Assembly: GCA_965205015.1 (NCBI GenBank) | Contig: OZ242029.1 | Coordinates: forward strand, 5,344,001 to 5,408,000 | Length of the DNA stretch: 64,000 nt | Source: Candidatus Poribacteria bacterium | GTDB lineage: Bacteria; Poribacteria; WGA-4E; WGA-3G | Direction: 5' to 3' | Shown here: positions 57,693 to 64,000 of the stretch, one piece after another | Layout: each line of letters starts with the position of its first letter | Position numbering within the stretch: the first letter of the stretch is position 1 | The notes under the pieces: model-generated | Databases searched by the model: none | What the model saw: the letters and a program-made list of their open reading frames with translations, nothing else | Told to the model about the DNA's origin: nothing | Translations under genes and position numbers: made by a program

Positions 57693-57772
57693 CCAGAGAA
57701 TTGTCCTATAAGGAACAAAGGAATCCCCCGTGCTTTAGCTGGGGGAGGATGTCAACTATGTGTTTCTATATG
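57605..57772 (+). ncRNA. Putative omegaRNA/reRNA scaffold plus flank-derived guide
   Basis: Successive hairpins CAGGATA/TATCCTG, TTAGGTGTCAA/TTGGCATCTAA, CTCTGG-GTAA-CCAGAG and the right-end hairpin. Boundaries are approximate. Confidence 0.65.
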
Positions 57773-57985
57773 TGCTCGAAGCACCTTATTTATTTCCGCG
57801 TGATAATCTTGTCCTTGTTTTTTGAACCATTCCAAAATTTCATGTTCAATCTGAAGATAATTTTCAGGAACAATCCGCTGAGCATTTTCCCAAAAATCAT
57901 CATCAAGTTCGGGGATATCTGACGTATCAATCGAGTCCTCAGGAAGGCTCTCAATTTCAGAGAGCCGTGTTTTTGAAAACCTCAT
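57752..57985 (-). CDS. brnA: BrnA-like antitoxin
   Basis: IDTSDIPELDDDFW...ILEWFK..G.DY...IN.VLR. Confidence 0.85.
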   Translation of the reverse strand: MRFSKTRLSEIESLPEDSIDTSDIPELDDDFWENAQRIVPENYLQIEHEILEWFKKQGQDYHAEINKVLRAHIETHS

Positions 57986-58259
57986 GATATTTTCTCCTTT
58001 CCTTGGATGTTGCTTTTCTGGCAGAAATAATTCGTGTCTGATTGCCTCGGTTGGTGTGACAAACTACCAACACTACCCCGTCTCCAAGGGGCCCAATGGT
58101 AATCTCTCTAATCTCTTCTTGACCTTTTTCATCGTAATAATCTCTGGGATCGACTCTTGTGAAGTGTACACTTTCAAAAATAAGCACTGCTTCTTCAAAA
58201 CGAATCCCATGCTTTTTGAAGTTCACTCGGTTTTTGTGTTCGTCCCAGCTAAATTCCAT
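57957..58259 (-). CDS. brnT: BrnT family toxin
   Basis: FSWDEHKNRVNFKKHGIRFEEA...RIISARKAT. Confidence 0.92.
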   Translation of the reverse strand: MEFSWDEHKNRVNFKKHGIRFEEAVLIFESVHFTRVDPRDYYDEKGQEEIREITIGPLGDGVVLVVCHTNRGNQTRIISARKATSKERRKYHEVFKNTAL

Positions 58260-58431
58260 AATGCTAGCTTGGCTTATTTATACGGTGTTAATATCATCAT
58301 AATACAATATTATAACACAACTCAAAGGATTACATAAGTCCTAATTGATTAACAAAGAGTGGGGGTATAATCTCAATTCATTGCGTCCCAACGCTCAATG
58401 GGTTGTGCGACTACTAACCGAGGCGTGTTTT

Positions 58432-59682
58432 TCATGAGGTCCGCTCATCCGTAAATCGGTTTGATTTAAGCTCCGACCTCGGTAGCGTTCCGAGTGGGAC
58501 TGACTTCACGACGGCGCGCAAACCTAACTCGTCTCGGATCGCAGCAGCTACGAGCGTAGCGGTTTCAGCAGGATTTGGATGCGTAGATTCAATCTGGATT
58601 TCGAGTTCGTCAAGCGTGCCTGTTCCGTAGATGCGTGCCGCGAACTCGCGGACATCCGAAAACTTGAGGATGATGTTTTCGAGTGTCGCAGGATACACGT
58701 TCAGGCCGCGAATGATAACGGCTTTGTCCAATCGTCCGATAACGCCGCCGTCAAGAACACGACTCGCCCGACCGCATTCACACAGTGCTGGTTTGAGCTT
58801 GACGTAGTCTCCCGTCCGGTAACGGATGACGGGCATGCCAACGCGTCCTAAATTTGTTATGACTAACTCGCCCGCGTCCGCGGGATTTCCAGTTTCTGGA
58901 TCGAGGACTTCACAGATAAACTCGTCTTCGTTGAGATGGACACCCGCCTGCGGTTCGCACATAACACCCCAAGCACCGACTTCCGTTGCGCCGGCATGAT
59001 CGTAGGCACGCGCCCCCCAACGGCTCTCAATACGGTGTTTCGTAGCGGGTAGACTCGCCCCAGGTTCACCGGCATGGATTGTCACCCGAATTGAGGATTC
59101 TTCAGATAGATTGATGCCATCCTGTTCTGCGACTTCAGCGAGCCGCAGCGCATACGTCGGTGTCGCAATTAGGACTGTCACGTCGTTGCTGAGAATGGCG
59201 CGTATCCGCTGGTCGGAGGTCATGCCTCCGTTTGGGATTATGAGTGCTCCGAGTTGCTGTGCACCGTGATAGGCACTCCAGAAACCGATAAACGGACCGA
59301 ACGAAAAGGCGATCATGAGTCGGTCCGCTGAAGTTACGCCAGCAGCGCGATAGATTTCGCCCCAGCATTTTCCCCACCAATCCCACGATTCCGCTGTATC
59401 TAACCATCGCAGGGGTGAACCTGTTGTGCCTGAGGTGCGGTGGAGACAGGTATATCGCTCCAACGGAAAGGTGAGATTTGTGCCGTAAGGGGGATGCGAT
59501 ACTTGATCGGTGCTGAGTTCTTCCTTTGTGGTAAACGGGAGCTGCTGGTAATCTGCGAATGATTGTACGTCGTTTGGATGCGTGACCCCAGCTTCGGTGA
59601 GTTTTTGCCGATAGAAGGCGTTGGTATCCAACACGGGAGCAAGCATCTCGCGGAGGCGGTATAATTGTGTGTCTGTATCCAT
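58432..59682 (-). CDS. Phenylacetate-CoA ligase (PaaK)-like AMP-forming enzyme
   Basis: LPFTTK, TSGTTG, AGEPG, GATE, RYRTGD and GLNVYP. Confidence 0.88.
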   Translation of the reverse strand: MDTDTQLYRLREMLAPVLDTNAFYRQKLTEAGVTHPNDVQSFADYQQLPFTTKEELSTDQVSHPPYGTNLTFPLERYTCLHRTSGTTGSPLRWLDTAESWDWWGKCWGEIYRAAGVTSADRLMIAFSFGPFIGFWSAYHGAQQLGALIIPNGGMTSDQRIRAILSNDVTVLIATPTYALRLAEVAEQDGINLSEESSIRVTIHAGEPGASLPATKHRIESRWGARAYDHAGATEVGAWGVMCEPQAGVHLNEDEFICEVLDPETGNPADAGELVITNLGRVGMPVIRYRTGDYVKLKPALCECGRASRVLDGGVIGRLDKAVIIRGLNVYPATLENIILKFSDVREFAARIYGTGTLDELEIQIESTHPNPAETATLVAAAIRDELGLRAVVKSVPLGTLPRSELKSNRFTDERTS

Positions 59683-59771
59683 GTTAATAGGTTTATAGTG
59701 AATTTGAAAAATAAATAGACACCTTGTAGGGGCAGGTCTTGTACCTGCTCGCCAATACTGCCTCTGGTGGT

Positions 59772-61112
59772 TTAGGTATATCGCGTGTTCTGATATTCGG
59801 GGGCATAGAACGCCGGGAGCAGGCTATCGACTTGGAGCAATCCGCGTTGCGTCAGTTGAATCTCGTCCGATGCGGCGTTGACCCGCAACATGCCGTCGTT
59901 TTGAAGTTTTTCGTAGGGTTCGGCAAAAGTATTGAGGATGTCTGCGTCGAACTTCGCTTTGAAATAGGAAGGTCTGATCTTTCCGAGTTTGAGTTGCAGG
60001 ATCATTTCCCGCGTCAACCGTTCCGTTTCCGTCGGTTTCAGTGCCCGATAGACTGGGATCCTATCTTCCTCAAGGTGGTTGAGGTAGTCTCCCCACGAAG
60101 GGGCGTTTTGGAAGTGAATCCCGCTGAGGTGTGAGAAGGAGGCGACACCTGTCCCTATCATATCGCTCCCCTGCCATACGGCATCGCGATAGACAAACTG
60201 GCACTGCTTATCTTTCTTGAGTACCGTATACGCGCTGGATTGTGCGTAACCGGCTTGCGTAAACTGTTCAAAGGCGTATTGATGCCATTCGCGTTTCAGT
60301 TTCCAGTCTGCCACGGGTAGTGTATCGCCGCCGAGAATGTCTTTAGAATAAACGGTATTGAACGGCAATTCCAGCTGATAGACGGTAATACTGTCCGGAT
60401 CAAGTTCAATGGTCTTTTTGACGGTTTCTCGCCAACTCTCCCACGTTTCACCTATCATGCCTGAGATGAGGTCGATGTTGACCTGATCGAACGCCAGCGT
60501 CTTTATCCAGGGGACGATGCGATACACCTCTTTGGAAAGGTGTGCTCTGCCGTTTTCGGCGAGGATCTCGTCGTTGAGATTCTCAACACCGAGGCTCAGT
60601 CGCGTTACACCGATCCCTTTGATCGCCTCTACTTTCTTTTCCGTCAAGGTACCGGGTTCACATTCAAAAGCGACCTCTTCAGCGGCATCCCACGGCATGA
60701 CCCGTTTTACGCTGTCAACGAGAGCCGTTAGGTGTTTGACGCTGATATAGGAGGGGGTCCCGCCGCCGAAATAGACGAATTTCAGGGGTCTCCCTGTGAT
60801 TGCGGGTTGTGCGCTGTAAAGTTCGACCTCTTTCGCGAGCGCGTTCAGATACGTGTCGATTTCCGAGCTGTTTTTATCGGTATAGACGCGGAAATAGCAG
60901 AATTTGCACCGTTTACGACAGAAAGGGATGTGGAGGTATAAGCCGAGTGTAGCATCTGGGCGCGGTTGTTCCCTGAGCACTCGTCGCACTTCTGGGACAT
61001 CGGACTCGCCCCATACAGAATACGGTGGGTAGTTGGAGACGAAAACGCTTCCGACGGTGGTGTCTTTTGAGTCTATACCTGCTGTCGCAGGTTCCGGTTT
61101 TGTTTCAGGCAT
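59772..61112 (-). CDS. HemN-like (class C) radical SAM protein
   Basis: YLHIPFCRKRCKFC, YFGGGTPS, RLSLGV and NIDLISG. Confidence 0.9.
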   Translation of the reverse strand: MPETKPEPATAGIDSKDTTVGSVFVSNYPPYSVWGESDVPEVRRVLREQPRPDATLGLYLHIPFCRKRCKFCYFRVYTDKNSSEIDTYLNALAKEVELYSAQPAITGRPLKFVYFGGGTPSYISVKHLTALVDSVKRVMPWDAAEEVAFECEPGTLTEKKVEAIKGIGVTRLSLGVENLNDEILAENGRAHLSKEVYRIVPWIKTLAFDQVNIDLISGMIGETWESWRETVKKTIELDPDSITVYQLELPFNTVYSKDILGGDTLPVADWKLKREWHQYAFEQFTQAGYAQSSAYTVLKKDKQCQFVYRDAVWQGSDMIGTGVASFSHLSGIHFQNAPSWGDYLNHLEEDRIPVYRALKPTETERLTREMILQLKLGKIRPSYFKAKFDADILNTFAEPYEKLQNDGMLRVNAASDEIQLTQRGLLQVDSLLPAFYAPEYQNTRYT

Positions 61113-61197
61113 TATTTTAAGCTCCTCTGATTCTTAGTCAAATTCACAATCGAATAAGTTCACATTATTATAACATGAAACGGTAAATCGCGCCAAT

Positions 61198-62391
61198 TCA
61201 CCCAAAGCAGTAGAGGATTCCATCCTCGGTTCCGATGTAGATTCTGCCATTGGAGACACTGGGTGAGGCGACGATGGATGAACCCGTTGCGAATTCCCAC
61301 ACCGATTCCCCAGTCGTAATATCTAAAGCGATAAACAATCCCCGGGTTGTCCCCACAAAGGCACGCCTCCCGACAATGACGGCGGAAGACTCAATACGAG
61401 ATTTAGCGGTATACGTCCATAGCGACTCACCCGTCGCCTGTGAAAGCGCATGCACCATCTTATCGCGTCCTCCGATAATAACGCTGTCTTCCGTGAGGGC
61501 GGCGGAAGCAAAGAATGGGAATCTGCGTTTCGGATGCCGATACCGCCAAACAATTTCCCCAGTGTCTAAGGCAACCGCCAATATTTCGGTGCCATACGTG
61601 CCACAATAGACCCGATCTTGCGAAATCGCTGGACTCGCACCGACATACGCACCGAGATTTACCTGTTGCGTCTGTGTACCGTCGTCAATATTAATGACGC
61701 GAAGGTAACTGTCGCATCCGGTAACAATCGCGAAGTTCTCTGCCTTTTCGGAATCGCTTGCGACTTGCGTCCAGACGCCAGGGGTGCCGTGGACGTAGCC
61801 TTCAGTCTCTAATTTCCAGACCTGTTTTCCGTTCTCTCGGTTCAGACAGTAGAGGAATCCGTCATACGAGCCGAAAAGCACGCGGTCGCCAATGATGTTT
61901 GCCGATGATATGATTTCACCTTCCGTCGTGAACTGCCATTTCGCTTCTTGGGTGTTGATGTCCACCGCATGGAAAATCCCATCTCCATCACCGAAATAGA
62001 CGACGCCGTCGTGAATAGAGGGAGAGGCTTTGATCTGTGCCCCTGCTTGATACGTCCACCTTTGTTCGCCGGTTTGTGCCTCGATTGCGTAGAGAGTTCC
62101 ATCTAATGCACCAACATACACGCTGCCATCGACGACTGCAGCGGTGGATTCAATCATATCTCCTGCCTGAAAAGTCCAAAGCAATTGCGGATTTTCGGGG
62201 AGTTGGGAATCTGTGACACCCGTGAGTTGCGGGTTACCACGGAAACTTGCCCAGTTACCAAAAGATACATGTGAGGCGAGGAGCAATAGGAAAATTAGAA
62301 AAGTAGCAGGCACACGCCGTTGTGCCGTCGCTTTTAACTGGAAAGAGTTAGGATTGTCCTTGGGCGGTCGTATTTTAGTATACTTGTTCAT
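61198..62391 (-). CDS. PQQ-binding-like beta-propeller (BamB-like) secreted protein
   Basis: W.SFRGN, followed by repeated W..(T/A)....(S)SP/SSA blades. Confidence 0.88.
   Translation of the reverse strand: MNKYTKIRPPKDNPNSFQLKATAQRRVPATFLIFLLLLASHVSFGNWASFRGNPQLTGVTDSQLPENPQLLWTFQAGDMIESTAAVVDGSVYVGALDGTLYAIEAQTGEQRWTYQAGAQIKASPSIHDGVVYFGDGDGIFHAVDINTQEAKWQFTTEGEIISSANIIGDRVLFGSYDGFLYCLNRENGKQVWKLETEGYVHGTPGVWTQVASDSEKAENFAIVTGCDSYLRVINIDDGTQTQQVNLGAYVGASPAISQDRVYCGTYGTEILAVALDTGEIVWRYRHPKRRFPFFASAALTEDSVIIGGRDKMVHALSQATGESLWTYTAKSRIESSAVIVGRRAFVGTTRGLFIALDITTGESVWEFATGSSIVASPSVSNGRIYIGTEDGILYCFG
62303..62328 (+). repeat. REP family A copy inside the 5' part of the PQQ-propeller ORF
   Basis: GTAGCAGGCACACGCCGTTGTGCCGT. 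Confidence 0.8.
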
Positions 62392-63529
62392 AAAGTTTCA
62401 TAAAGTCTCTAATGTTGAGAGGACGCGGGTTAAACTGTGCTGTCCACTGTGTCGCCGCTTCCTCTGCCAATGTCGGTATATCTGCTGTTCCTATTGTGTG
62501 TTGGATGAGGTGATCCCGAAGTCTATTTGGCAAATTGCCGATCTGTTTTAGGGCTGTAATTCTGTCCGCTAAGTCTCCATCCGGATACAGTTCACGATAG
62601 GCGTCTCCTGCGACAGTACTATTGAATCGGATGACGTGCGGTAACAACAATGCGACGGCGACGCCGTGGGTAACCTCGTATCTCGCTGTCAAAGGGTTGG
62701 CGCAGGCGTGCGCGGCACCGAGCATCGAGTTTTCAATTGCCAGCCCGGCGAGGTAAGCACCAAACAACATTTTGCTTCGGGCGGTAGCGTTTTTGGGGTC
62801 AAGGCATGCCGCAAAATGCGTGTTCAACAATTCCCATGCGTGTTGTGCGAACATTCGAGACATCGGGTTGTGTCGGGTTGAGACGTAACTTTCAACAGCG
62901 TGTGCAATGGCGTCTATACCGGTGATTGCGGCGACGCGTCTCGGCAAGGTTTTCGTAAGTGTGGCATCCAAAATTACAGTCCCGAATCGTGCTTTTTTAT
63001 CGCCACACGCCATTTTGATATGTGTATCCGCCTGTGCGATGAGGGCATAGGACTGCGCTTCGCTGCCTGTGCCGATCGTGGTCGGGATACCGACAGAGGG
63101 GAGCATCGGTTGTGTTGCTCTGTTTGTACCCCAGTAGTCCTCCATCTTTCCACCGTTTGTGAGCAGAAAGTTTACGCCTTTCGCACAATCCATTGAACTG
63201 CCGCCGCCGAGTCCGATGATGATATCTATCGGCGCGTTGATTTTCGCAACTGCAAGCGCGGCGTCAACGTCTTTTGTCGTTGGGTTGGACGTGACATCAG
63301 CAAAAACATAGGTGGCGATCCTTTCGCTTTGCAGTGCTGAGACGGCGCTTGCGAGGATGCCTGCCTTTTCGATACCGGTGTCTGTCACAATAAGGACGCG
63401 ACTCCCACCGCGTTCGCGGGTCAGCGCACCGAGTCTCTCGATTGTGTTATTACCGAAGATGACCTGTTGGTTCAGTTCGCAGTCGAAAGTTTCCATCTTT
63501 TCAACTATGGCCTCCGATTCGCTCTCCAC
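62375..63529 (-). CDS. Iron-containing alcohol dehydrogenase
   Basis: GGGSSMDCAK, PTTIGTGSE, DAIAHAVE, GAAHA and HGVAV. The start could instead be ATG 63496. Confidence 0.92.
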   Translation of the reverse strand: MESESEAIVEKMETFDCELNQQVIFGNNTIERLGALTRERGGSRVLIVTDTGIEKAGILASAVSALQSERIATYVFADVTSNPTTKDVDAALAVAKINAPIDIIIGLGGGSSMDCAKGVNFLLTNGGKMEDYWGTNRATQPMLPSVGIPTTIGTGSEAQSYALIAQADTHIKMACGDKKARFGTVILDATLTKTLPRRVAAITGIDAIAHAVESYVSTRHNPMSRMFAQHAWELLNTHFAACLDPKNATARSKMLFGAYLAGLAIENSMLGAAHACANPLTARYEVTHGVAVALLLPHVIRFNSTVAGDAYRELYPDGDLADRITALKQIGNLPNRLRDHLIQHTIGTADIPTLAEEAATQWTAQFNPRPLNIRDFMKLYEQVY

Positions 63530-63609
63530 TCCGTGACGAGCGGGTTTTTAGTTAATTCGTGACTGGGTTAGAACCCATGTAATGGAGAGCAGTCCAAGGG
63601 ATCATAGAT

Positions 63610-63633
63610 AAAAAAACCTCGCTTTTCTGAGGC
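63610..63633 (-). terminator. Intrinsic-terminator-like hairpin in the leader of the Fe-ADH operon
   Basis: Minus strand GCCTC-AGAAAAGC-GAGGT followed by a T run. Confidence 0.45.
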
Positions 63634-63774
63634 ATGCCAGCGCGGTATTACCTCGTAACAAGCTCCTATAACAGGATACCAGAATTTAAGAGGGAAAATC
63701 AAGGGAAAGGTAAATTGTCTCAGTAGCGAGGTTTTATGAGGGGTAAGAGGTGATTGGATGGTATTGGTGTTAAT

Positions 63775-63908
63775 TGTCTGAATCGCGGATTACATGGATC
63801 GCGCAGATTTCGCGGATTGAAAGCGTCTGGCATTGGGGAATGGAGCTGGATATCTGTCAGAATCGCGGATTATCGCGGAGGACGCGAATTGCACAGATTA
63901 CACGGATT
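63775..63908 (+). repeat. Two copies of a TGTCWGAATCGCGGATT-led repeat with about 9-bp periodicity
   Basis: 63775 TGTCTGAATCGCGGATTACATGGATCGCGCAGATTTCGCGGATT and 63855 TGTCAGAATCGCGGATTATCGCGGA...CACAGATTACACGGATT. Confidence 0.75.
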
Positions 63909-64000
63909 CTGTTGCGTTAGGGTAGGTGGCTTCCACCACCGGTTTGCGACCAGAAATCTTCGGCAACTTGTTGATGGTTCTGATGCAGCCAAAGATGAAT

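Larger units (their letters stand above)
56323..57755 (+). mobile_element. IS200/IS605 family, IS608-like, tnpB-only non-autonomous element
   Basis: Left end: TTAC|CAAAG..., then AAAG plus hairpin CACCC-TTGCTTTAGCT-GGGTG. Right end: GAAT plus CCCCC-GTGCTTTAGCT-GGGGG, then AGGATGTCAA. No tnpA is present. Confidence 0.9.

Noticed and set aside
63555-63600. ZTP (pfl) riboswitch-like TCGTGACTGG
   Set aside because: It is on the wrong strand for the adjacent operon, and the rest of the consensus is missing.

Overview
A gene-dense 64-kb bacterial chromosomal window. It is probably from Candidatus Poribacteria; this is an inference from secreted LamG-type proteins ending in a GKLTxTWxxLK tail and from the intergenic repeat style. 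Housekeeping and metabolic genes: infA, a cysteine synthase, modABC, coaE, hisA, glcDE, dsbD, dnaN, tRNA-Thr(CGT) and tRNA-Phe(GAA). Tandem duplications: two RND transporters and two ABC exporters. Accessory elements: two ABC-ATPase plus nuclease-like cassettes, a BrnT/BrnA pair, and an IS608-like tnpB-only element whose ends can be read exactly. The most unusual items are: (1) a full-length but strongly rewired EF-Tu paralogue, with NKxD changed to NTGG and the aminoacyl-pocket segment deleted; (2) a sigma54 promoter with palindromic upstream sites and a two-hairpin leader in front of an M16C peptidase and twin ABC exporters; (3) a shared C-terminal putative sorting motif on secreted proteins; (4) an uncharacterised same-strand cluster of Fe-ADH, PQQ-propeller, HemN-like radical SAM, CoA ligase, flavin halogenase-like protein and TAXI binding protein; (5) a TnpB with a rearranged RuvC-II site whose insertion rebuilt the antitoxin stop codon; (6) an IF-1 with a basic N-terminal extension; (7) several families of REP-like repeats. 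All calls come from reading motifs by eye. No database searches were run.
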